A DNA stretch of 64,000 nucleotides. Source: an uncultured Candidatus Rokubacteria bacterium (GTDB taxonomy: Bacteria > Methylomirabilota > Methylomirabilia > Rokubacteriales > CSP1-6). Each line of letters opens with the position of its first letter. Position 1 is the first letter of the stretch. A model generated the notes under the pieces. It ran no database searches, was not told the DNA's origin, and saw only the letters and a list, made by a program, of their open reading frames with translations. This document shows positions 56,059 to 64,000 of the stretch, in pieces. The position numbers and the translations under genes are program-made. Where the stretch lies: positions 1 to 64,000 of the forward strand of contig CAVVEU010000013.1 in NCBI GenBank assembly GCA_963747235.1, written 5' to 3'.

Positions 56059-56982
56059 ATGCTGACGTTCCTGGTCCGGCGCCTGATGCTGGCGGTGCCG
56101 GTGTTGCTGGGCGTCGTCTTCGTGGTCATGCTCACCGTGGAGCTGATTCCGGGCGACGCGGTGGCCCTGATGCTGGGCGAGCACGCCACGCCGGAGGCGG
56201 TGGCCAAGCTCCGGGACTACCTCGGGCTCGACAAGCCCATGGTGGTCCGCTACGTGGAGTACGTCGGCCGCGTGGTGCGGGGCGATCTCGGGCGGTCCAT
56301 CCAGCAGAACCGGCCCGTGGTGGACGAGCTGCGCGACGTCTGGCCCGCCACGCTCGAGCTCACGGTGGCGGCGCTCGTGATCGCCGCGGTGATGGGCGTG
56401 CTCGCGGGCCTCGTCTCCGCGGTGTGGCCGACGTCGTGGTTCGACACGGTGGCCCGCATCGGGTCGCTGTTCGGGCTCTCCATGCCCGTGTTCTGGACCG
56501 GCCTGGTCCTCATCGTGGTGTTCGCCTTCTGGCTGTCCTGGTTTCCGGTGGGCGGCACCGGCGGCTTCTCGCATCTGGTGCTGCCCGCGGTGACGCTGGC
56601 GCTGCCCTCGGTGGCCATGGTCGCGCGCATGACGCGCTCGAGCGTGCTGGACGTGCTCCGCGAGGACTACGTGCGCACCGCGCGGGCCAAGGGGGTGGCC
56701 GAGCGGCTCGTGGTGTCCAAGCACGCGCTCCGCAACGCGGCCATCCCCATCCTCACGCTGCTCGGCCTCCAGGCCGGGCAGCTCATGGGCGGCGCGGTGC
56801 TGACCGAGACGGTGTTCGCGTGGCCGGGGCTCGGGCGGCTCATGGTCAAGGCCATCTTCGCCCGCGACTACGTGCTGGTGCAGGGGGCGGTGCTGGTGTT
56901 CGCGGTGGCCTTCGTCGCCATCAACCTCGCGGTGGATCTGGCCTACGGGGCGCTCGATCCGCGCGTGTCGCGGCAGGGCTAG
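56059..56982 (+). CDS. Peptide ABC permease (DppB-like)
   Basis: GDLGRS, EDYVRTARAKG, ETVFAWPGLG. Confidence 0.92.
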   Translation: MLTFLVRRLMLAVPVLLGVVFVVMLTVELIPGDAVALMLGEHATPEAVAKLRDYLGLDKPMVVRYVEYVGRVVRGDLGRSIQQNRPVVDELRDVWPATLELTVAALVIAAVMGVLAGLVSAVWPTSWFDTVARIGSLFGLSMPVFWTGLVLIVVFAFWLSWFPVGGTGGFSHLVLPAVTLALPSVAMVARMTRSSVLDVLREDYVRTARAKGVAERLVVSKHALRNAAIPILTLLGLQAGQLMGGAVLTETVFAWPGLGRLMVKAIFARDYVLVQGAVLVFAVAFVAINLAVDLAYGALDPRVSRQG

Positions 56983-56985
56983 GCG

Positions 56986-57882
56986 ATGGCCATGTCCGCG
57001 GTGGGCGCGCTCGAGGGCCCGGCGGTTGCCGCCGTCGAGACGGGACGGCTCAGCGCGTGGGGCCAGTTCCGGCGCAACCGCCTCGCGGTGGCGGGGCTCG
57101 CGATCGTGGCCCTGCTCCTCATCGCGGCCCTGGGCGCGCCGTGGCTCTCGCCCTTCGATCCCGCCAAGCAGAGCCTGATCGAGAAGCGCGCGAAGCCGGG
57201 CGGGAAGTTCGTCCTGGGCGCGGACGAGTTCGGGCGCGACATCCTCTCGCGGGTGATCTACGGCAGTCGCGTCGCGCTGATCGTGAGCGTGCTGTCGGTG
57301 GCGGTGGCGCTGTCGCTCGGGCTCACGCTCGGCTGCCTGGCCGGGTTCCTCGGCGGCTGGACCGACGCGCTGGTGATGCGGGCCACCGAGGTGCTGCTGG
57401 CCTTTCCGTATCTCCTGCTCGCGATCGCGGTGGTGTCCGCGCTCGGCCCCGGCGTCGTCAACACCACCCTCGCGGTGGGCATCTGGGGCGCCCCCACCGT
57501 GATCCGCGTGGTGCGCGGCGCGGTGCTGGTGGCGCGCGAGACCGAGTACGTGAGCGCGGCGCGGGCGCTGGGCGCCACCGCGCTGCAGGTGCTGACGCGC
57601 CACGTGCTGCGCAACGTGCTGCCGACCGTGATCGTGTACTCCACCCTCTTCATGGCGAACGCGATCCTGGTGGAGGCCGCGCTGTCCTTCCTGGGTCTCG
57701 GTGTCCAGCCGCCCACGCCCTCGTGGGGGCTCATGGTCTCGACCGGGCGCGATCTCCTCCTGGTGGCCCCGCACGTGGCGACGATCCCGGGCCTGGCGAT
57801 CCTGGTCGCGGTGCTGGGCTTCAATCTCCTGGGCGACGGGCTGCGCGACGCGCTCGACCCGCGCCTGCGCGGGCGCATCTGA
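56986..57882 (+). CDS. Peptide ABC permease (DppC-like)
   Basis: GADEFGRDILSR, EYVSAARALG, NLLGDGLRDALDPR. Confidence 0.92.
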   Translation: MAMSAVGALEGPAVAAVETGRLSAWGQFRRNRLAVAGLAIVALLLIAALGAPWLSPFDPAKQSLIEKRAKPGGKFVLGADEFGRDILSRVIYGSRVALIVSVLSVAVALSLGLTLGCLAGFLGGWTDALVMRATEVLLAFPYLLLAIAVVSALGPGVVNTTLAVGIWGAPTVIRVVRGAVLVARETEYVSAARALGATALQVLTRHVLRNVLPTVIVYSTLFMANAILVEAALSFLGLGVQPPTPSWGLMVSTGRDLLLVAPHVATIPGLAILVAVLGFNLLGDGLRDALDPRLRGRI

Positions 57883-58658
57883 TGCGCCTCGACGGCCGGA
57901 CCGCCATCGTCACCGGCGCCGCCAACGGCATCGGCCGCGCCATCTGCCTGGGCCTGGCGGCCGAGGGCGCGGCCGTCTGGGGCTGCGACGTGCTCGGCCC
58001 CGAGCTCGAGGAGACCCGCCGCGCGGTGGACGCGGCGGGGGTGCGCCCGGGCGGCGCGGCGGTAGTCGACGTGCGCGACGTTGCCGCGGTCGCGGCGTTC
58101 GTGGCGCGCGTGGAGGCGGAGGCCGGGCACGTGGACGTGCTCGTCAACACCGCGGGCGGCGTGGCGGGCCAGGTCAACAAGCCGGTCGAGGAGGTGTCGG
58201 ACGCCGACTGGCGGGTGATCTTCGCGATCAACCTGGACGGGGCCTTCCACTTCACGCGTGCGGTGGCCCCCGCCATGAAGCGCGCCGGCCGCGGCGCCAT
58301 CGTCAACATCTCCTCCGGTGCCGGTCGCTCCTACAGCCTCACCGGCATCCAGGCCTACGCCAGCGCCAAGGCGGGGCTCATCGGCTTCACCCGCCAGACC
58401 GCGCGCGAGCTGGGCGCCCACGGCATCCGGGTCAACTGCGTGGCGCCGGGCTTCGTGCGCTCCAATCCCGCCTCCGAGCGGCAGTGGCACGCCATGGGCG
58501 AGGCCGGCCAGCAGCGGCTGGTGGACTCCATCGCGCTGCGCCGCATCGGCACGCCCGAGGACATCGCCCGCGCCGTCCTCTTCTTCTGCGGCGACGACTC
58601 GGGCTATGTCACCGGCCAGACCATCAGCGTTGACGGGGGGATGTGGATGCTGGGCTGA
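57882..58658 (+). CDS. SDR oxidoreductase
   Basis: TGAANGIG, IVNISS, YASAK, VDGG. Confidence 0.9.
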   Translation: MRLDGRTAIVTGAANGIGRAICLGLAAEGAAVWGCDVLGPELEETRRAVDAAGVRPGGAAVVDVRDVAAVAAFVARVEAEAGHVDVLVNTAGGVAGQVNKPVEEVSDADWRVIFAINLDGAFHFTRAVAPAMKRAGRGAIVNISSGAGRSYSLTGIQAYASAKAGLIGFTRQTARELGAHGIRVNCVAPGFVRSNPASERQWHAMGEAGQQRLVDSIALRRIGTPEDIARAVLFFCGDDSGYVTGQTISVDGGMWMLG

Positions 58659-58672
58659 GGATCGGGTCCAGG

Positions 58673-59164
58673 CTACTTGTTGCGGCGAATGCGCCGGACG
58701 CTGACCACCACGAAGACGAGCAGGAATGCCCACATCAGCACCGCGCCGATCCCGAAGACGGCGCGTCCCACGGTCTCGTCGCCCGGGCCGCGGCCGACGA
58801 AGGGGAGCGCCACGGTGAAGGCCCGGGGACCCGGCCCGAACGCGACCCAGGTGGCGACCGCCCCGAGCGCGCTGATGATCCCGAGCCCGAGCAGGTACTG
58901 GGTCACGCGCACCCAGCGCGGCGTGCCCGCCGGCAGGTCGCCATCCGGCCCGACGCCGCCCGCCACCGCGTAGCCCACGATCATCGCGGCGCCGGCGAGC
59001 ACGAACGCGAGGCCGGCGGCGGCGACCACCCAGCGGGGCGCCTCGCGCGAGGCCTCGGCGCCGGGGATGATGCCCACGGCCAGGAGCACGATCAGGACGC
59101 CCATCCCGCTGACGGCCGTGCCGAGGGCCACCGCGGCTCTCGGCGAGAGCGGTGTCGCGCTCAC
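58673..59164 (-). CDS. Four-TM hypothetical membrane protein
   Basis: Hydrophobic segments; start overlaps upstream stop. Confidence 0.7.
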   Translation of the reverse strand: MSATPLSPRAAVALGTAVSGMGVLIVLLAVGIIPGAEASREAPRWVVAAAGLAFVLAGAAMIVGYAVAGGVGPDGDLPAGTPRWVRVTQYLLGLGIISALGAVATWVAFGPGPRAFTVALPFVGRGPGDETVGRAVFGIGAVLMWAFLLVFVVVSVRRIRRNK

Positions 59165-60147
59165 CCGGCCCGGGCGGCGGTGAATCCGGTCTTGGCGTAC
59201 TTCACGTCGCGGTACTCGCCGGAGAGTACCGGCGCGTGCCGGGGGGCGCCCTGCGAGGGCAGGCACTCGATGAGGGCGTCGTAGTTGGGGTGGTTGAAGA
59301 AGGCGATGGACAGGCGCGCGGCGCCGGTCGCGCTCGAGGCCGGTGGGTTCACCACGCGGTGGAGATTCGAGAGCCATCGGTCATTGGTCCAGCGCATGAG
59401 CAGGTCGCCGATGTTCACCACGAAGGTGGTGGGCGAGGTCGGCACGTCCACCCAGCGTCCGTCGCGCGTCCGCACCTGCAGGCCGCCGGGGACGTCCTCG
59501 CCACTCAGGATCGTGAAGCCGCCGTAGTCGGTGTGGGCGCTGGCGCGGAGCTGGCCGGGCTCGGGCGGGACGGCCTGGGCCGGGTAGTAGTTGAGCCGCA
59601 TGGTGCCGATGGAGCGATCCACCTTGTCGTCGAAGAAACCTTCCTCGACGTCGAGGGCGAGCGCGGCAAGGCGCATGAGTGAGACGATGAGCCCGCTCAT
59701 CGCACGGTAGTACGTCGTCGCCGCGCGCTCGATGCCCGCCGGTGCGGCCGGCCACAGATTCGGCTCGAAGTGGCGGCGGCCCCGCGCGCCCGTGTAATAG
59801 GCGTCGCCGGAGACGTCCACGGGGCCCACGTGGAAGAACTCCTTCAGATCGGGCGGCGCGGGCGCGTCGTTGGCGGAGGCGAGCGTCTCGCCCGCCACCG
59901 GGTGATAGCCGCGGTTGGTGCCCGGGACGGGATGCCGCGCGGCGAGCTTGGCCGCGAGCGGCAGCGCGAAGAACGCGTGGGCGCGCCCGCGGAGATCCTC
60001 CACCAGGCTGTCGGGGATGCCGTGGCCGGTGATGGCGAAGAAGCCGATCTCGCGGCAGGCGGCGTCGATCGTGCTGGCGATCGCCAGGCGGGCCGCGCGA
60101 TCGCCCCCGCGCGCGGATCCGAGATCGATGACCGGGACGGTGGCCAT
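59161..60147 (-). CDS. Isopenicillin N synthase-like 2OG-Fe(II) oxygenase
   Basis: VPVIDL, GFFAITGHG, AHTDYG, NIGDLL, HRVV, RLSIAFF. Confidence 0.9.
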   Translation of the reverse strand: MATVPVIDLGSARGGDRAARLAIASTIDAACREIGFFAITGHGIPDSLVEDLRGRAHAFFALPLAAKLAARHPVPGTNRGYHPVAGETLASANDAPAPPDLKEFFHVGPVDVSGDAYYTGARGRRHFEPNLWPAAPAGIERAATTYYRAMSGLIVSLMRLAALALDVEEGFFDDKVDRSIGTMRLNYYPAQAVPPEPGQLRASAHTDYGGFTILSGEDVPGGLQVRTRDGRWVDVPTSPTTFVVNIGDLLMRWTNDRWLSNLHRVVNPPASSATGAARLSIAFFNHPNYDALIECLPSQGAPRHAPVLSGEYRDVKYAKTGFTAARAG

Positions 60148-60150
60148 CGC

Positions 60151-60921
60151 CTAGAGCGTGGAGAACACCGAGCCGCCGTCCACGATGAGGGTCTGCCCGC
60201 TCATGAAGGCGCTGTCGTCGGAGGCCAGGAAGACCACCGTGCCCAGGACGTCGTCGGGGAAGGCGTCGCGCTTGAGCGACCGCGCCTGCATGATCGCGGC
60301 TTCCTGGAAGGCCGTGATGTCGGGGTTGGCCTGCACGGTGTCGCTCAGGATGAGCCCCGGCGCCACCGCGTTGACCGTGATCCGGTCCGGCCCCAGCTCG
60401 CGGGCCAGCGCGCGGGTCATGGCCACCACCGCGCCCTTCGACGTCACGTAGTGCATGAGCAGGGCGGTGCCCTTGGCCACGATGGCGGAGGCCACGTTGA
60501 CGATGCGCCCGCCACCCTGCGCGCGCATGGCGGGGACCACCGCGCGGGCGCAGTTCCAGACCCCCTTGACGTTCACCGCCATCACGCGGTCCCACTCCGC
60601 CTCCGGGATCTCGTCGAAGGGCTGCGGCTTGAGCGTGGCGAAGACGGCCGCGTTGTTGACGAGCACGTCGATGCGGCCGAAGCGGGCCAGCGCGGCCTCG
60701 ATCATGGCACCGACGGAGCCCGCGTCGCTCACGTCGGTGCGCACCCCGAGCGCGCGCCCGGCGGCGTCGAGCTTGTCCACCGCGGCGACGGGATCGGCGA
60801 TGTCGGCCACCACCACGCGCGCGCCCTCGGCGAGAAAGCGCGTCGCGTAGGCGAAGCCGATGCCCGCCGCGCCGCCCGTGATCACCGCGATTTTGTCGTG
60901 AAGCCGGCCCTGAAGGCGCAT
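60151..60921 (-). CDS. SDR oxidoreductase
   Basis: TGGAAGIG, VNNAA, YVTSK, VDGG. Confidence 0.9.
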   Translation of the reverse strand: MRLQGRLHDKIAVITGGAAGIGFAYATRFLAEGARVVVADIADPVAAVDKLDAAGRALGVRTDVSDAGSVGAMIEAALARFGRIDVLVNNAAVFATLKPQPFDEIPEAEWDRVMAVNVKGVWNCARAVVPAMRAQGGGRIVNVASAIVAKGTALLMHYVTSKGAVVAMTRALARELGPDRITVNAVAPGLILSDTVQANPDITAFQEAAIMQARSLKRDAFPDDVLGTVVFLASDDSAFMSGQTLIVDGGSVFSTL

Positions 60922-60970
60922 CGTGGCGCGAGCATAGACGACGCTCGCGGAGGGGTCAAGGTGACGCGGG

Positions 60971-62086
60971 TTAATCCTCCAGGAGCACGCAGTGGCGCGG
61001 CTCGACGATCAGGAACACCGTCTCGCCCTCGGCCACCGGGTCCGTCGCGACCTCGCGGATCACGAGCGAGCGGCCGCTCCAGTCCACGTGGTACTGGGTG
61101 AAGTCGCCCTGGAACACGCGGCGCCGCACGGTGGCGGGCCACACGTTCAGCGCGCCCGCCGGCCGCTCGCGCGAGAGCCGCACGTGGACGGTCCGCACCG
61201 AGAGCAGCGCTTCCGTCCCCACGCGGCGGCCGAAGGCGGTGCCGTGGACGATGTCGCCGGCGGGCGTTTCCAGGGCCACGAGGCCGTCGCGCTCGAGATC
61301 GGGCCGGTGGCGGCCCCGGATCAGATTGGCCGAGCCCACGAAGTCGGCGACGAAGGTGTTGCGGGGCAGATCGTAGATCTCGTTGGGGGTGCCCATCTGC
61401 TCGATCACCCCGTCGCGCATGACCACGATGCGGTCGGAGATGGCCAGCGCCTCCTCGAGATCGTGGGTCACGTAGACCGACGTGATGTCGAGCCGGTGCT
61501 GGAGCTCCTTGATCTCGAGCCGCATCTCGGCGCGCAGCTTGGCGTCGAGGTTGCTGAGCGGCTCGTCGAAGAGGAGCACCGAGGGCGAGAACACGAAGGC
61601 GCGGGCGAGGGCCACCCGTTGCTGCTGGCCACCGGAGAGCTTCGACGCGCTCCGGGCGGCCAGCTCGCCCATCTGCACCAGCTCGAGTGCGCCGCGCACC
61701 CGCTCCGCGATCTCGGCGGCGGGCAGCTTGCGCACGCGGAGCCCGTAGGCCACGTTGTCGAACACGGTCATGTGGGGCCAGATCGCGTAGGACTGGAACA
61801 CCATGGACAGCCCGCGCTTCTCGGGCGGCACCTGGACGCGCGGCGACGTGGCGAAAACCGGGCTGCCGTCGATACGGATCTCGCCGGACTCGGGCTGCTC
61901 GAGCCCGGCGATGGCCCTGAGCGTGGTGGTCTTGCCGCAGCCCGACGGTCCCAGCAGCGTGAGGTGCTCGCCCGCCGCGACGGTGAAGGAGACCCCGCGC
62001 ACCGCCGGGACTTTGCCGTAGCGGACGACCAGGTCGCGCACCTCGATGGAGGCCTTGCGGCCCGAGCCCACCCGGGGCGCGCTCAC
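60971..62086 (-). CDS. ABC ATP-binding protein (FbpC/PotA-like)
   Basis: [29 protein letters not shown]-like tail. Confidence 0.92.
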   Translation of the reverse strand: MSAPRVGSGRKASIEVRDLVVRYGKVPAVRGVSFTVAAGEHLTLLGPSGCGKTTTLRAIAGLEQPESGEIRIDGSPVFATSPRVQVPPEKRGLSMVFQSYAIWPHMTVFDNVAYGLRVRKLPAAEIAERVRGALELVQMGELAARSASKLSGGQQQRVALARAFVFSPSVLLFDEPLSNLDAKLRAEMRLEIKELQHRLDITSVYVTHDLEEALAISDRIVVMRDGVIEQMGTPNEIYDLPRNTFVADFVGSANLIRGRHRPDLERDGLVALETPAGDIVHGTAFGRRVGTEALLSVRTVHVRLSRERPAGALNVWPATVRRRVFQGDFTQYHVDWSGRSLVIREVATDPVAEGETVFLIVEPRHCVLLED

Positions 62087-63753
62087 GCGCCCTCGCCCGG
62101 ATGCTGGATGGCGCGGCGGGCCACCGTGAAGAGGAGCGCGAGCGCGAGGGCGACGGCCAGCGTCTGCAGCAGCGCCATCGCCGCGGTCAGCTCGGTGCTG
62201 GTGGAGAACCACGACTCCACGATGGCGGGGGTGATGACCTTGGAATGGGGCCCCATCAGCAAGATGGACGCGCCCAGCTCCCGCACGCTGGCGATGAAGA
62301 GGAGCAGCCAGGCCGCGATGAGGCCGGGCCGGAGCAGGGGCATCGTCACGGTGCGCAGGCGGTAGCTCCAGGACGCCCCGCACATCTGGGCGCTTTCCTC
62401 CAGTGATCGGTCGATCTGCAAGATCACGCCGGAGATCGTGCGGAGGCCGAGCGGCAGGAACACGGTCAGGTAGGCGATGAGGAGGAGCCAGAGGGTCCCG
62501 TAGACCGGGATCGGGAAGATCAGCCACGCCCAGAGCATGCCGAAGGCGAAGACGAGCCGCGGGACGGCCTGCGGGAACATCAGCACGTACTCGATGACGC
62601 CGACGCCGGGCAGGCGGGAGCGGTAGATCATCCACGCGAGGAAGCCCATGATCAGCACGCCGAGGCTCGCGGTGCCGACGCCCAGGAGCAGGCTGTTCCA
62701 GAGCGCCGACCGCACCGCGTCGAGCGAGAGCGCGGTGCGGTAGTTCTCCAGGGTGAAGTTGCCCGCCTTGGGGAAGGCGGTGGCGAGCCGCTGGATGGAG
62801 GCGTAGAGCAGGGCGAGGACGGGCAGGACCACCGCCACCCCGAGGTACGCCCCGCAGATGGCGAGGAGCGGCCAGCGCAGGCGCCCCACGCTCATCACGC
62901 GCGGGCGGAATGCCTTGCCGGTGATCGTCACGTAGTTGCCGCGGCTCACCACCCGCCGGTAGACGTAGACCATGGCGAACATCACCACGAAGAGGGAGAC
63001 GCCCATGGCGGCGGCGCGGGGGAACTGCGGCGGGTACTGGGAGACGAGCTGGTACATGGCGGTGGTCACGACGTAGAAGCGGTTGGGCAGCCCCAGCACC
63101 AGCGCGGCCGAGAACGAGCCCAGCATCTCCGCGAAGACGAAGATGGCCGCACCGAGCACGCCGGGCAGCACGAGCGGCAGCGTGATGCGCAGCATCGTGC
63201 GCAGCCGCCCCGCGCCGAGCACCTGCGAGGCTTCTTCCAGCGCGGGATCCATGGACTTCATCACCGCCCCGATCATGACGAAGGCCACCGAGCCCTCGAA
63301 GAGCGCCATGACCCAGGCGATGCCGTAGGGCGTCGTCATGTCGATCAGGTGCCCCTCGCCACCGAGCGCCCGCCAGACCTGATTGAGGAAGCCGCCGCTG
63401 GGCGAGCCGATCAGGCTCCAGGCGAGCGCGCCCATGAGCGGCGTCACGTAGTAGGGGAGCGCCATGAGCTGCTCGAGCGCCGCGCGGCCCGGGACATTGG
63501 TGCGGGAGAGGATCCACGCCATGACGAAGCCGAAGAGGACGGCCATCACGGTGGCCGCCACCGCCACGGTCACGGTGTTGGCGAAGATGTGGCTGTAGCG
63601 CGGCAGGTCGGCGAAGTTGTCGAGCCCGTAGGCTTCCGGCGGGCGCGCCTGCGGGTCGCCCACGCTGAGCGACGCCTGGATCAGGAAGAAGATCGGGTAG
63701 AGGACGAGGACCGCGGCGGCGCCCCCGACGAGGAGGCTGACGAGGCGCGCCAC
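62083..63753 (-). CDS. Fe3+/thiamine-type ABC permease (FbpB-like)
   Basis: Duplicated EAA loops DPALEEAS and DRSLEESA. Confidence 0.9.
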   Translation of the reverse strand: MARLVSLLVGGAAAVLVLYPIFFLIQASLSVGDPQARPPEAYGLDNFADLPRYSHIFANTVTVAVAATVMAVLFGFVMAWILSRTNVPGRAALEQLMALPYYVTPLMGALAWSLIGSPSGGFLNQVWRALGGEGHLIDMTTPYGIAWVMALFEGSVAFVMIGAVMKSMDPALEEASQVLGAGRLRTMLRITLPLVLPGVLGAAIFVFAEMLGSFSAALVLGLPNRFYVVTTAMYQLVSQYPPQFPRAAAMGVSLFVVMFAMVYVYRRVVSRGNYVTITGKAFRPRVMSVGRLRWPLLAICGAYLGVAVVLPVLALLYASIQRLATAFPKAGNFTLENYRTALSLDAVRSALWNSLLLGVGTASLGVLIMGFLAWMIYRSRLPGVGVIEYVLMFPQAVPRLVFAFGMLWAWLIFPIPVYGTLWLLLIAYLTVFLPLGLRTISGVILQIDRSLEESAQMCGASWSYRLRTVTMPLLRPGLIAAWLLLFIASVRELGASILLMGPHSKVITPAIVESWFSTSTELTAAMALLQTLAVALALALLFTVARRAIQHPGEGA

Positions 63754-63766
63754 CGCGGCGGCTCCT

Positions 63767-64000
63767 CTAGAGCCCCATCAGCGCGTTCCACTCCTTCACG
63801 AAGCCCGCGTGGCTGGCCTGGAAGTCCACCCAGTCGGTGGGGAAGAGCAGCTTGAAGTCGGCCAGCTTCTTGCCCGTCGCCATCGGCGGGGCGTCGTTCT
63901 TGACCGAGCCGTAGAGCAGGATGGTCTGCGTCTGGTTCACCGCCTGGCCGCGGTTGGAGATGGCCCAGTCCAGGAAGAGCTTGGCCGCTTCCGGGTGCGG
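63767..64000 (-). CDS. ABC substrate-binding protein, C-terminal part (truncated by window edge)
   Basis: PHPEAAKLFLDWAIS..GQ, FVKEWNALMGL. Confidence 0.75.
   Translation of the reverse strand, partial: PHPEAAKLFLDWAISNRGQAVNQTQTILLYGSVKNDAPPMATGKKLADFKLLFPTDWVDFQASHAGFVKEWNALMGL

Overview
High-GC bacterial chromosomal window. The gene content (expanded ABC substrate-binding family, cyclase/AAA/TPR proteins, DUF1800/DUF1501, futalosine-type menaquinone genes) suggests Candidatus Rokubacteria (inference). Many CDSs contain single-base indels that look like long-read errors, so genes were stitched across frames. Layout: 1-12 kb holds an HTH gene and citrate synthase, a NuoE-NuoF fusion, queCE, menG/ubiA/ubiD, a hybrid kinase and HU. 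Next come tRNA-Gln and tRNA-Glu, followed by a ~5.8 kb att-bounded island (12.4-18.2 kb) carrying an IS and a DNA ligase, with a recombinase-tail remnant beside each att copy. After that lie an ECF-VOC-GNAT operon, a DUF899 cluster, DUF1800/1501, a P450 bracketed by a duplicated tauD 5' end, a JmjC gene and a cyclase-AAA-TPR gene. A sigma54 module follows (activator-AAA-TPR fusion, candidate enhancer, -24/-12 promoter, three unknown secreted proteins), then a UxxC selenoprotein with a SECIS-like hairpin, and transport/catabolic operons. The strongest leads are the sigma54/AAA-TPR module, the att-in-recombinase-tail architecture at tRNA-Glu, the selenoprotein fusion and a putative anti-sigma-VOC fusion. 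No CRISPR array or rRNA gene was seen.
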